Shown: piece after piece, positions 24,474-33,829 of the stretch
Position numbering within the stretch: position 1 is the first letter of the stretch
How the letters are laid out: each line of letters starts with the position of its first letter
Origin: Dehalococcoidia bacterium
Lineage (GTDB): Bacteria; Chloroflexota; Dehalococcoidia; Lucifugimonadales; SAR202-VII-2
Length of the DNA stretch: 64,000 bases
Direction: 5' to 3'
NCBI GenBank assembly: GCA_965226745.1
Contig: CBDDDS010000002.1
Span: 193,311 to 257,310 of the forward strand
Position numbers and translations under genes: made by a program
The notes under the pieces: model-generated
The model's database searches: none
What the model was told of the DNA's origin: nothing
What the model saw: only the letters and a program-made list of their open reading frames with translations

Positions 24474-25555
24474 CATCACGCATCGGGCGGCTCCGCGAGC
24501 TTCTGGGGGAACTGGACGTCGACGCCATGCTGGTGTCCAGCCCGGAGAACCGGCGCTATTTGTCCGGGTTCACAGGCTCCGCCGGCTATCTGCTGGTCAC
24601 ACACGACGAGGCCGTCCTGGCCACCGACTTCCGTTACGTCGAACAGGCCGGCCGGCAGTCGCCGGCGTTTCGAGTGGAGCGCATCAGCGGCGATACCGAC
24701 TGGCTTCCCGGCCTTTCCTCGGCGATGAAGCTGAAGCGCATTGGCTTCGAGGCGACCAGCCTCACCTTCGCGCAGCATTCCAGCTTTACAGAGGCATTGG
24801 AGCAACTGCCCGCCCCCGAGCGGCCCGAACTGGTTGCCACCAAGGGCATCCTCCTGGCGCTGCGATCGGTCAAAGACCAGGAGGAAATGGAGGCCACCCA
24901 GCGCGCGATCGACATTGGCGACACCGCGTTCGACCGGGTGAGCGCCAGCCTTCGGCCCGGCGTAACGGAGCGGCAGATGGCCTGGGAGCTGGAGCGGACG
25001 ATGCGGGAGCTGGGCGCAGAGAGCACGTCGTTCGACATCATCGTGGCCTCCGGACCAAACTCGGCTCTGCCGCACCACCGTCCCAACGACCGCGAGTTGC
25101 GCCCCACCGAACCCGTCGTCATCGACATGGGGGCTCGTTACCAGGGCTATTGCAGCGACCTGACGCGCACGGTCTGCCTCGAGCCCCTGGACGATACCTT
25201 CCGGGAGGTCTACGGCGCAGTGCTCCGGGCGCAGCAGTTCGCCATGACCAACGTCACCGACGGCATGGAGGCCCAGGCGGCGGATGGCCTGGCCCGCTCA
25301 GTCATCGAAGAAGCCGGCTATGGCGACAACTTCGGCCACGGCTTGGGCCACGGCGTCGGACTGGCCATCCATGAATTCCCCAGGGTGGGCCAGCGTTCGC
25401 CGGACCTGCTGATCGACGGCATGGTGTTCACCATCGAGCCGGGAATCTACCTTTCGGGATGGGGCGGCGTTCGCATCGAGGACATCGTCGTTTTGGAAAA
25501 GGGCAAGGCCCGCTGCCTTAGCCACGCCAGGAAGCTGGCCTTGGACGTTGCCTAG
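24470..25555 (+). CDS. pepP: M24-family Xaa-Pro aminopeptidase
   Basis: ATG 24470 overlaps the aroQ stop (ATGA). The creatinase-like N-domain is followed by metal ligands of the pita-bread fold (DMGARYQGYCSD, HGLGHGVG, EPG, IED). Confidence 0.85.
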   Translation: MTSRIGRLRELLGELDVDAMLVSSPENRRYLSGFTGSAGYLLVTHDEAVLATDFRYVEQAGRQSPAFRVERISGDTDWLPGLSSAMKLKRIGFEATSLTFAQHSSFTEALEQLPAPERPELVATKGILLALRSVKDQEEMEATQRAIDIGDTAFDRVSASLRPGVTERQMAWELERTMRELGAESTSFDIIVASGPNSALPHHRPNDRELRPTEPVVIDMGARYQGYCSDLTRTVCLEPLDDTFREVYGAVLRAQQFAMTNVTDGMEAQAADGLARSVIEEAGYGDNFGHGLGHGVGLAIHEFPRVGQRSPDLLIDGMVFTIEPGIYLSGWGGVRIEDIVVLEKGKARCLSHARKLALDVA

Positions 25556-25710
25556 CGCCGCAGTCAGCGCGCAGGGCGCGGGCTCACGCTCCCTGTGGCA
25601 AGGGGGATCAGGGCAGAGCGGATGGGCGGCACGCTATGGGCCGCGCCAAACGGCCTCTGTAATGGAACGAGAAAGACAGCCTCTCAGAGGGATTCAAGGG
25701 TAAAGCCTCA

Positions 25711-26268
25711 ATGATCAGCTACAGCGACCTCCGCCGGGGCATGGTCCTGGAACTCGACGGCGAGCCATGGCAGGTGGTGGAGTACCAACACACCAAGATG
25801 CAGCAGCAAGCCCCTACCCTAACGCTGCGTATCAAGCACCTCAAAACGGGGCAGGTCCTGGAGCGCAAGCTGCCGGGCCACAAGCCTCTCCAGGTGGCCC
25901 ATGTGGAGCACCGGGAAGCCCAATACCTCTACGGCGAGGAAGGGCTGTACCACTTCATGGACCAGGAGACCTACGACCAGTACCCCCTCAGCGACGAGCA
26001 GATCGGCGAATACAAGAACTACCTGACCGAGACCGCCATCGTGGGGGTGGTGTTCTACAACGACAATCCCATCGCCATCGAAATGCCCACAAGCGTTACA
26101 TTGGAAATTGCCGAGACAATTCCAGGGGTCAAGGGCGACACCGCCCAGGGCGGGGCCAAGCCCGCCACGGTGGAAACGGGTCTCGTCGTTCAGGTTCCCC
26201 TGTTTATTAATGAGGGCGACCGCATCAAAGTGGACACCCGCACGGGCGCCTACCTTGAGCGGGCCTAA
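25711..26268 (+). CDS. efp: elongation factor P
   Basis: 185-aa ORF. LRRGMVLELDGEPWQVVEYQHTKMQQ...ETGLVVQVPLFINEGDRIKVDTRTGAYLER. Confidence 0.95.
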   Translation: MISYSDLRRGMVLELDGEPWQVVEYQHTKMQQQAPTLTLRIKHLKTGQVLERKLPGHKPLQVAHVEHREAQYLYGEEGLYHFMDQETYDQYPLSDEQIGEYKNYLTETAIVGVVFYNDNPIAIEMPTSVTLEIAETIPGVKGDTAQGGAKPATVETGLVVQVPLFINEGDRIKVDTRTGAYLERA

Positions 26269-27103
26269 GAGCGACCCGCCCCCAGCGCAGCCACGCCGAG
26301 GCGCCCCGCTGGGGCTCGGCTGGTTCTCCACCGGACGGGGGGAAGGGTCCCTGGGGATGCTGCGCACCACGGTCGAGGCCATCCAGCGCGGCGACCTCCA
26401 GGCGCAGATCGATTTCGTGTTCAGCAACCGCGAGCCCGGCGAGGCCGAGGGCAGCGACCGCTACTTCCAACAGGTCAGCGACTACGGCTTTCCCCTGGTG
26501 TGCCACTCCTCCCGCCGGTTCCGCGCCGAGCGCGGCGCCCGCGTCTCCGAAGACCGCGAGGCCTTCGACCGCGAGGCTGCGGCGCTCTTGGAGGGGTTTC
26601 ATCCCGACATTTGCGTGATGGCGGGCTACATGCTCATCCTGAGCCCGCTCCTCTGCAACAGGTTCTCCCTGGTCAACCTGCACCCCGCCCTGCCCGACGG
26701 CCCGGCGGGAACCTGGAAGCAGGTGATCTGGGACCTCATTGGGCAGAAGGCAGGCCAGTCGGGGGCGATGGTCCATCTCGTGACGGAGGCCGTGGACGAA
26801 GGGCCGCCGTTGAGCTACGCCCGCTTCCCCCTGAGGGGCGCCGGGTTCGACGAAGCCTGGCGGGAGGTTGAGGGAAAATCGCTGGAAGCGCTTCAACGGG
26901 ACCCCGGCGAGGAACTGACCCTATTCCGGCTCATTCGCCAGGCGGGCGTGCTCAGGGAACGGCCCCTCCTGCTGGCAACACTGGAGGCCCTGGCGGACGG
27001 AAGGCTCCGCATAGAAGAAGGGGCCGTTCTCGCGCAGGAAGGCGGGGAAACGCCGTTGTGCCTCGACGAGCAGGTAGAGGCCGCTCTGGCGCCCCAGGAG
27101 TAG
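26255..27103 (+). CDS. formyltransferase-family protein (PurN-like fold); start uncertain
   Basis: LGWFSTGRGEGS (an N-terminal nucleotide-loop-like motif) and LVNLHPALPDGPAG (the formyltransferase HPxLP motif) are present. The first ATG (26357) lies downstream of the first motif. TTG 26255 is the nearest canonical in-frame start. Confidence 0.55.
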   Translation: MSGPKSDPPPAQPRRGAPLGLGWFSTGRGEGSLGMLRTTVEAIQRGDLQAQIDFVFSNREPGEAEGSDRYFQQVSDYGFPLVCHSSRRFRAERGARVSEDREAFDREAAALLEGFHPDICVMAGYMLILSPLLCNRFSLVNLHPALPDGPAGTWKQVIWDLIGQKAGQSGAMVHLVTEAVDEGPPLSYARFPLRGAGFDEAWREVEGKSLEALQRDPGEELTLFRLIRQAGVLRERPLLLATLEALADGRLRIEEGAVLAQEGGETPLCLDEQVEAALAPQE

Positions 27104-27122
27104 CGGGGAGGGCCAGAGCCGC

Positions 27123-28421
27123 CTACGCCGACTTGCGTTGCGGGGCCTGTTCCACAGGGACGCCGGAGGTCGTGAGCAGAAGGGGCTGCTTCAGCCCGCG
27201 CACCGCATCGCCATCGATGACGCACCGGGTAACGTTGTTGAGGGACGGCAGGTCGTACATGACGTCCAACAACGTCCGCTCGATGATGCCGCGTAGGCTG
27301 CGGGCGCCGGTCTTGCTCTTCATGGCCTCGGTGGCCGCCGCCTCAAGGGCATCGGGCGTGAACGTCAACTCCACAGAGTCCATCTTGAAGAGCTGTTGGT
27401 ACTGCTTGACGACGGCGTCCTTGGGCTCGCTCAGGATGCGGAGCAGCGTTTCCTGGTCAGGAGAGTCGAGGCTCACGATCAGGGGAATGCGTCCGATGAA
27501 CTCGGGGATGAAGCCGTACTCCAGGAGGTCCTGCGGGCCTGCCTGCCGCAACAGGTCCTCCGTGATTGGGGCGCTCTGGTTGGCGGACCGAAAGCCAACG
27601 GACCGCTGGCTGCGAGCGACCCGCCGCTCAACGATTTGCTCCAGACCGTCGAAGGTCCCGCCGACGACGAACAGGATATTATCCGTGTTCATCTGAATGA
27701 ACTCTTGGTGGGGATGCTTGCGCCCGCCCTGCGGGGGCACGTTGGCCACGCAGCCTTCGATGATCTTGAGCAACCCCTGCTGCACCCCCTCGCCGGAGAC
27801 GTCTCGCGTGATGGAGGGGTTGGCGCTCTTCCGAGAAATCTTGTCGATCTCGTCAATGTAGATGATGCCGCGCTCCGCCCTGCCGATGTCGTCACCGGCG
27901 GCTTGCACCAACCGCAGCAAGATGTTCTCCACGTCCTCGCCCACGTAGCCCGCCTCCGTTAGGGACGTCGCGTCGGCAATGGCGAAGGGAACGTCGAGAA
28001 TACGGGCCAGGGTCTGGGCCAAGAGGGTCTTGCCGCTGCCAGTCCGGCCCAGCAACATGATGTTCGTCTTCTGGAGCTGGACGTCACAGTCGTCGTCGCC
28101 GGCGGCGCGGATGCGCTTGTAGTGATTGTAGACGGCAACGCTGAGAAGCCTCTTGGCTTGGTCCTGGCCAACGACGTATTCACAGAGACGGGCGTAGACC
28201 TCGTGGGGCGTGAGAGGCTCCAGCGCCGCATCATCGGCAACGGCCGACAGGTCGTCCTCGGTTTGTGAAGACTCATCTTCGAGGACCTGTTGGCAGAGGG
28301 TTATGCACTCGTCACAGATGAAGACCCTGCCCGGGCCTGCAATCAGGCGCTGGACCTGGCTCTGCGCCTTGCCGCAGAAGGAGCAGGTGTATTCAGCTTC
28401 TGGAATGCGGGGGGTCGGCAT
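27123..28421 (-). CDS. clpX: ATP-dependent Clp protease ATP-binding subunit ClpX
   Basis: N-terminal zinc finger CSFCGK...CDEC, then Walker A GRTGSGKT and the ClpX GYVG pore loop. Confidence 0.95.
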   Translation of the reverse strand: MPTPRIPEAEYTCSFCGKAQSQVQRLIAGPGRVFICDECITLCQQVLEDESSQTEDDLSAVADDAALEPLTPHEVYARLCEYVVGQDQAKRLLSVAVYNHYKRIRAAGDDDCDVQLQKTNIMLLGRTGSGKTLLAQTLARILDVPFAIADATSLTEAGYVGEDVENILLRLVQAAGDDIGRAERGIIYIDEIDKISRKSANPSITRDVSGEGVQQGLLKIIEGCVANVPPQGGRKHPHQEFIQMNTDNILFVVGGTFDGLEQIVERRVARSQRSVGFRSANQSAPITEDLLRQAGPQDLLEYGFIPEFIGRIPLIVSLDSPDQETLLRILSEPKDAVVKQYQQLFKMDSVELTFTPDALEAAATEAMKSKTGARSLRGIIERTLLDVMYDLPSLNNVTRCVIDGDAVRGLKQPLLLTTSGVPVEQAPQRKSA

Positions 28422-28508
28422 CCGGGTCTCTCCTGAACACTGGCGTTGCTGTGCCCGTCCGGCGGCTGAGCCTCGTCATCAACAGGGCGAATTTCAACCG
28501 CTGATCTC

Positions 28509-29120
28509 CTATGAGGCGGCGGCGTCCGTCCTGCTCAGCACCTCGTCGATGATGCCGTATTCGTTCGCTTGTTCGGCCGTCAGGTAGTAGTCGCGGTCGG
28601 TGTCCCGAGCAACCTTGTCGTAGGCCTGGCCGGTGTGACTCGAGATGATGGTGCGGATCTTGTCCTGCATACGAAGGATTTCGCGGGCGGCGATCTCGAT
28701 GTCGGTGGCCTGGCCCTGTGCGCCGCCCATGGGCTGGTGCATGTGGATCGTGGAGTTGGGAAGAGCGAACCGCTTCTTGGGAGCGCCGGCGCACAGCAGG
28801 ACGGTGCCCATGCTGGCGGCGAGACCGACGCAGATGGTTGACACATCGGGCCGGATGAGCTGCATGGTGTCGTAGATGGCGAGGCCTGCGCTGATCACGC
28901 CGCCAGGCGAGTGGATGTAGAGGCTGATGTCCTTATCGGGGTCTTCTCTGTCCAGGTAGAGGAGCTGCGCCACGATGAGATTGGCTATCTGGTCGTTGAT
29001 GGGGGTTCCCAGAAAGACGATTCGCTCCTTCAAGAGGAGCGAATAGATGTCGAAGGCCCGCTCCCCTCGCGCGCCTGACTCAATGACCATCGGAACGATG
29101 TTTTCGGGACGACTTATCAT
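28509..29120 (-). CDS. clpP: ATP-dependent Clp protease proteolytic subunit
   Basis: [19 protein letters not shown]...GLAASMG...HQPMGG carries the Ser-His-Asp ClpP motifs. Confidence 0.95.
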   Translation of the reverse strand: MISRPENIVPMVIESGARGERAFDIYSLLLKERIVFLGTPINDQIANLIVAQLLYLDREDPDKDISLYIHSPGGVISAGLAIYDTMQLIRPDVSTICVGLAASMGTVLLCAGAPKKRFALPNSTIHMHQPMGGAQGQATDIEIAAREILRMQDKIRTIISSHTGQAYDKVARDTDRDYYLTAEQANEYGIIDEVLSRTDAAAS

Positions 29121-29150
29121 GTACTGCCTGCTCCTCTGGATGCCTTTGTC

Positions 29151-30572
29151 TTAGCTCGTCGGTTCCTCTTGTTGGTCCGCGGTCCCGGTGCCGTCAGCCT
29201 CAGCGGCTGCTTCTTCCGCTGGGACGTCTGCCGGGGCGTCTCCTGTTAGGGCCTGCGTCGCCGCCTCTTCCACCGCGGCTTCGGGGTCAGCTTCCAATTC
29301 GGGGGCCTCGCCCTTGGCAATGAGCACCAGCCGCTCCAGGACTCGCCGCGTCCACAGGGAACGCCCCAGCGACTCCCTTCCCCTCGGGGAATCCAAAACG
29401 CCCCGCAGGGATTCCCCCTGCTCGCCGGAGGTAAGCTGCTCCAATTCCTGCTCCACGTCCTCCGGCAGGACTTGAATCTTCTCCTTTTCAGCCAGGTGCT
29501 CCATAACGGTGGAGCGCTTGACGCGCAGGAGGGCGCTCTCGCGCAGGTCCTCGCGAAGCTCCTCAGGCGTCTTGCTGATGGCGCGGAGGTACTCCTCCAT
29601 GTTTGCACCGCGGCGTTGGATGTTCTCCTGATAGTCTTCCACCACGTGGTCAAGCTGATGCCCCACCATGATGGGCGCTATCTCCACGTCCACTTGCTCT
29701 AGCAGGGCTTCCATGACCTTTTCCTGGTAGCGGCTGTCGGCCATCCGCTGGGCCTGAGACTCGATGTCTCCCCTGGCGTGACTCCGCAGAGCCTCCAACG
29801 AGTCGTGTCCCTCGCCCTTGGCATACTCGTCATCGAGCTCGGGAAGCTCCTTGGCCTTGATCTCGTTGACCGTGACCTCGAAGCGGATGTCTTTCCCTGC
29901 GACGTTCGCGTCCGGGTGGTCCTCGGGCATGGCCACCGTGAACTCCTTCTCCTCCCCCGGGCCGACGCCTACGAGCGCCTCGGAGAACCCCGGCGCTGGG
30001 GCAAGGTTGCCTTCTTGGGGAATGTAGTTCACGTCGTGTTGGTCTCCCGCCAGTTCCTCGCCTATGTAGGCGTGGAAGCCCAGGGTCACCATGTCGCCGT
30101 ATTGGACGGGGCGCTCCACGGGGGCCCAGGGGGTGGAGTCGCTGAGCATTCGCTCTAGGACATTGTCGACCTGCTCGTCCGTCACTTCGACGGGGTCCTG
30201 GTCAACCCGCAGCGAGCGATAGTCACCCAGGTCCACCCTCGGAACGAGGGGAACGGTGGCCTTGATGGTTACCGGGTCATGCTCCACGATCTCAACCTGG
30301 GGCACGTCCCCCACCTCGAGGCCCTGCTCTTGGACGGCGTCGCCTGTGACCTCGGGGATCATGTCGTCCAACGCTTCGTGGAGAAGGCCCTCGCGCCCCA
30401 TGAACTGCTCGACGATGCGGCGCGGCGCCTTGCCCTTTCGAAAGCCGGGAACGTTGAGCCGCTGGACTACCTTGCGATAGGCCCGGTCGAGGTGCTTTTC
30501 CACCTCTTGGGTCTCGAGTTCGATCACCAGGGTGGTCTGCCGGTCGACGGTCCCCTCTTGGGTAACCTTCAT
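29151..30572 (-). CDS. tig: trigger factor
   Basis: The start is ATG 30572 (MKVTQEG...). NVPGFRKGKAPRRIVEQ is the signature motif. The C-terminal tail is acidic. The track ORF extends to 30677. Confidence 0.9.
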   Translation of the reverse strand: MKVTQEGTVDRQTTLVIELETQEVEKHLDRAYRKVVQRLNVPGFRKGKAPRRIVEQFMGREGLLHEALDDMIPEVTGDAVQEQGLEVGDVPQVEIVEHDPVTIKATVPLVPRVDLGDYRSLRVDQDPVEVTDEQVDNVLERMLSDSTPWAPVERPVQYGDMVTLGFHAYIGEELAGDQHDVNYIPQEGNLAPAPGFSEALVGVGPGEEKEFTVAMPEDHPDANVAGKDIRFEVTVNEIKAKELPELDDEYAKGEGHDSLEALRSHARGDIESQAQRMADSRYQEKVMEALLEQVDVEIAPIMVGHQLDHVVEDYQENIQRRGANMEEYLRAISKTPEELREDLRESALLRVKRSTVMEHLAEKEKIQVLPEDVEQELEQLTSGEQGESLRGVLDSPRGRESLGRSLWTRRVLERLVLIAKGEAPELEADPEAAVEEAATQALTGDAPADVPAEEAAAEADGTGTADQQEEPTS

Positions 30573-30723
30573 ATAGCGTCCTCCGAAAGCTGCATGGTCA
30601 TTGTAGCATGACCGAAAACGTTGTGAAAACTTTCGCGAGTCGCGGAAGGGCGCCGACCCGGCTTCCATGCCCGCCACGGCAACGGTCCGGGCCAGACGCA
30701 GTCCAGCCCGTCGAGAGCAGTCG

Positions 30724-32514
30724 CTATTCCACGACCCGCAGCTTCAACTGCCGGAGCTGCTGGGCGTCCACCGAGGCCGGAGCGCCGAACAACGGGTCGA
30801 CGCCGCTCTGCGTCTTTGGGAAGGCAATGACGTCCCGGATGGACTCAGCGTCGTTGGACAGCAGGATGATGAGGCGGTCGATGCCCGGTGCGATGCCCCC
30901 GTGGGGAGGGGCGCCGTACTCGAAGGCCTCCAGCAGGTGGCCAAAACGCTCCTGAATCTGGTCGTTGGTGTAGCCAAGGATCCTGAAGATACGCTCCTGA
31001 AGCGCTCTGTTGTGTATTCGGATGCTGCCGCTCGCCAGCTCATAGCCGTTGCAGACCATGTCGTAGGCATGGCTGCGGATGCTGCCGGGGTCGCTCTCCA
31101 GCGCGTGGAGGTCCTCGGCTGCCGGCGCCGTAAACGGATGGTGAGACGAATCCCAGCGGCCCTCGTCGTCGTTCCAATCGAACAGGGGAAACTCTTCGAT
31201 GAAGGCAAAGGCCAATAGGTCCGGGTCGGTCAGGCCGAGGCGTTCCCCCAGCTCATTGCGAAGCTGGCTCAGCGCCGTGTTCACGACCCTGGCCGGACCG
31301 CCCACCAGCAGCAGCAAGTCTCCCCGTCCGGCCCCTAGCCGCTCCGCCATGCCCGCTATCTCCGAGGGTTGGAAGATATGGGCTACGGGCCCCTTCACGT
31401 CCTCCGGCGCGAGCGCGTCAAGGCCGCCCTCTCCCGTCAGGGCGAACGTCACCAGGCCCTTCGCCCCCCGCATTTTGACGAACTCCGTAAGCTCGTCTAG
31501 CTCCCTCCGGGACCAGGAGGCCGCTCCCTGGGCAGCGATGCCCCTCACCACGCCCCCTCCCCCAACGATTCCCCTGAACACCTCGAAACTGGTCGCTGCG
31601 GCGAGGTCGGAGAGGTCCCGCACCTCCATGCCAAAACGCAGGTCAGGCTTGTCCGTGCCGAAGCGGTCCATGACGTCCCTGTACGATAGGCGAGGCCAAG
31701 GCTTGATCATGCGCTTGTGGGGCGTAATGGTCTCCACCATCTCCGTGTACAGCGCTTCCAGCAGGTCCAGCACGTCCTTGGCCTCCACGAAACTCATCTC
31801 GAGGTCGAGCTGCGTGAACTCAGGTTGGCGGTCGGCCCGCGGGTCCTCGTCGCGGAAGCACCGGGCAATTTGGAAGTACTTCTCCACGCCGGCCACCATG
31901 AGCAACTGCTTGAGCTGCTGCGGCGACTGCGGGAGAGCGTAGAATTTGCCAGGATACAGACGGCTCGGAACAAGGTAGTCCCGCGCCCCCTCCGGCGTGC
32001 TCTTGATAAGAATGGGCGTTTCCACCTCGAGGAATCCCCGGTCGCTGAGGAAGTCCCTGATGAACTTCACAACGCGATGGCGCAGGGTCAAGATGCCGCG
32101 CATTCGAGGCCGCCGGAGATCCAGGTAGCGGTAGCGCATCCGCAGAAGCTCATCGACCTCGGCGTCGCCGCCGATTTCAAAGGGCGGCGTATGGGCGGCG
32201 TTCAACACCTCAACCGAGTGGGCGTTGACTTCGACTCCGCCGGTGGGGAGCTGCGGGTTCTCCGTGCCGGACGGACGGACGGCGACCTCCCCGGTGACCT
32301 GCACCACCCACTCGTTGCGGAAGTCCGACGCCGCGTCGACGGCGGCCGGGGCAACCTCTGGATGGAAGACCACCTGCACCAGGCCCTCCCCGTCCCGCAG
32401 GTCGATGAAGAGGACTCCGCCGTGGTCCCGGCGACGATGCACCCAGCCGGCAAGCGTCACCGTGCGCCCCACGTCGTCCAACCGCAGCGCTCCGCAATTG
32501 GCGGTCCTCAGCAC
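30724..32514 (-). CDS. aspS: aspartate--tRNA ligase
   Basis: Class II AspRS motifs are present (FRDEDPRADRQPEFTQLD, GGIAPGIDRL). I prefer GTG 32514 (VLRTANCG...), which is preceded by AGGAGG-agct. The track start is ATG 32532. Confidence 0.9.
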   Translation of the reverse strand: MLRTANCGALRLDDVGRTVTLAGWVHRRRDHGGVLFIDLRDGEGLVQVVFHPEVAPAAVDAASDFRNEWVVQVTGEVAVRPSGTENPQLPTGGVEVNAHSVEVLNAAHTPPFEIGGDAEVDELLRMRYRYLDLRRPRMRGILTLRHRVVKFIRDFLSDRGFLEVETPILIKSTPEGARDYLVPSRLYPGKFYALPQSPQQLKQLLMVAGVEKYFQIARCFRDEDPRADRQPEFTQLDLEMSFVEAKDVLDLLEALYTEMVETITPHKRMIKPWPRLSYRDVMDRFGTDKPDLRFGMEVRDLSDLAAATSFEVFRGIVGGGGVVRGIAAQGAASWSRRELDELTEFVKMRGAKGLVTFALTGEGGLDALAPEDVKGPVAHIFQPSEIAGMAERLGAGRGDLLLLVGGPARVVNTALSQLRNELGERLGLTDPDLLAFAFIEEFPLFDWNDDEGRWDSSHHPFTAPAAEDLHALESDPGSIRSHAYDMVCNGYELASGSIRIHNRALQERIFRILGYTNDQIQERFGHLLEAFEYGAPPHGGIAPGIDRLIILLSNDAESIRDVIAFPKTQSGVDPLFGAPASVDAQQLRQLKLRVVE

Positions 32515-32540
32515 AGCTCCTCCTGGAGGCATCCGACGGA

Positions 32541-32580
32541 CACAAAAACCGCCCCCTCAGTGTCAACGTTCCGGGGGCGC
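32541..32580 (-). terminator. intrinsic-terminator-like hairpin in the aspS leader
   Basis: The minus strand reads CGCCCCC-16 nt-GGGGGCG followed by GUUUUUGUGU. It ends ~30 nt upstream of the aspS start, and no upstream gene on this strand needs terminating. Confidence 0.45.
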
Positions 32581-32777
32581 GGTGGGAGGTGTCCGGGAAG
32601 GTAGTCAATGGTGATTATAGGCGAAGGGGGAGGCGGATTGGAAGGGCGGCAGCCCAGGGCGGCGCGCCCCCCATGCAAGCAAAGACGCTTCAACAAGCCC
32701 TCACTACGCCTCCTCTTGTCCGCGTCAGCGGGCCCTGAGGGCCTGGAGCGTCGGCTTATGCCAAAGCCCGCGGCAAC

Positions 32778-32786
32778 TGCTAGAAT
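32778..32786 (+). promoter_or_regulatory. extended -10 promoter candidate for ilvE
   Basis: TGCTAGAAT, followed by AGGAGG-ccggcc-TTG at 32816. Confidence 0.35.
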
Positions 32787-32815
32787 GGCCTGAAGAGCGA
32801 TTCAGGAGGCCGGCC

Positions 32816-33793
32816 TTGACTACCCAGCCAACCGAGCGCGCGCCCAAAGAGGCGGCAATGTATCCCTCGCCCCAGAGCCATCCTGCCTACCTCTGGTGGC
32901 AGGGGCGGCAAATGGCGTGGGACGACGCCACGGTCCACGTCACCGCGTTGGCCTGGACCGGCATCTCGGCGGTGTTTGAAGGGGTCAGGGCCTATTGGAA
33001 CGAGCAGCAGCAGCGCCTCTACGCCCTCGCCCTGGATGATCATTTGAAACGGCTCTCCCAGTCCATGAAGCTGGTGCGCATGACGCCGCCCTACTCGGAC
33101 GGCGATATCAAACAGGCAGCGCTGGACCTTCTTCGCAACAACGATCTCCGCGAGGACTCCTACATCTTCCCCCTAGCCTACTTTCCCTCCGGCATCCCCG
33201 GCTACCTCGCCGCTTACGAGCAGCCCGGCGAGGTGGTGATGACGACTCGCCCCAGGGAGTCGAACATGCTCACCGGGCGAGCCATCCACTGCGCCATCAG
33301 CTCTTGGCGGCGCATCTCCGATAACACGATGCCCCCACGGGCCAAGATGATCACGAACTATCAGAACTCCCGCTTCGTCTCTACGGAAGCCGCCATCAAC
33401 GGCTACGACACCTCCCTCATTCTGAACGACCAGGGGAAGGTGGCGGAGTCTCCCTACGCCTGCGTTTTCATCGTGCGGGACGGGACAGCTATCACCCCTC
33501 CGGTGACCGCCGGCGTGCTTGAGAGCATCACCCGGAACATCATCCTGCGTCTGCTTCAGGAAGAGATGGGCGTCCCCTGCCTGGAGCGGGACGTAGACCG
33601 CACCGAAATGTACATCGCCGACGAGGCCTTTCTCTGCGGCACCTACGCCGAGGTCACCCCCATCGCTTCCGTGGACCGTTATACGCTCGGGGAGAGCGCC
33701 CCCGGCCCCATCACCAGCAGGCTGGCGCAGCTCTTCCACGACATCGCACGGGGCATTGACGGACGCTACCCGGAGTGGCGCACGCCTGTCTGA
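32816..33793 (+). CDS. ilvE: branched-chain amino acid aminotransferase (class IV)
   Basis: 325-aa ORF. ...FEGVRAYWNE...PRAKMITNYQNS...ESITRNIIL...EAFLCGTYAEVTPI is typical of fold-type IV aminotransferases. Confidence 0.85.
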   Translation: MTTQPTERAPKEAAMYPSPQSHPAYLWWQGRQMAWDDATVHVTALAWTGISAVFEGVRAYWNEQQQRLYALALDDHLKRLSQSMKLVRMTPPYSDGDIKQAALDLLRNNDLREDSYIFPLAYFPSGIPGYLAAYEQPGEVVMTTRPRESNMLTGRAIHCAISSWRRISDNTMPPRAKMITNYQNSRFVSTEAAINGYDTSLILNDQGKVAESPYACVFIVRDGTAITPPVTAGVLESITRNIILRLLQEEMGVPCLERDVDRTEMYIADEAFLCGTYAEVTPIASVDRYTLGESAPGPITSRLAQLFHDIARGIDGRYPEWRTPV

Positions 33794-33829
33794 TCATCCA
33801 GGTCATTCCCGGCGGGCAAGAGCCTCTCC

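Noticed and set aside
32541-32700. The aspS leader considered as a T-box riboswitch.
   Set aside because: The leader is too short (~95 nt from the only good -10). I could find neither the conserved T-box sequence nor specifier-loop features.
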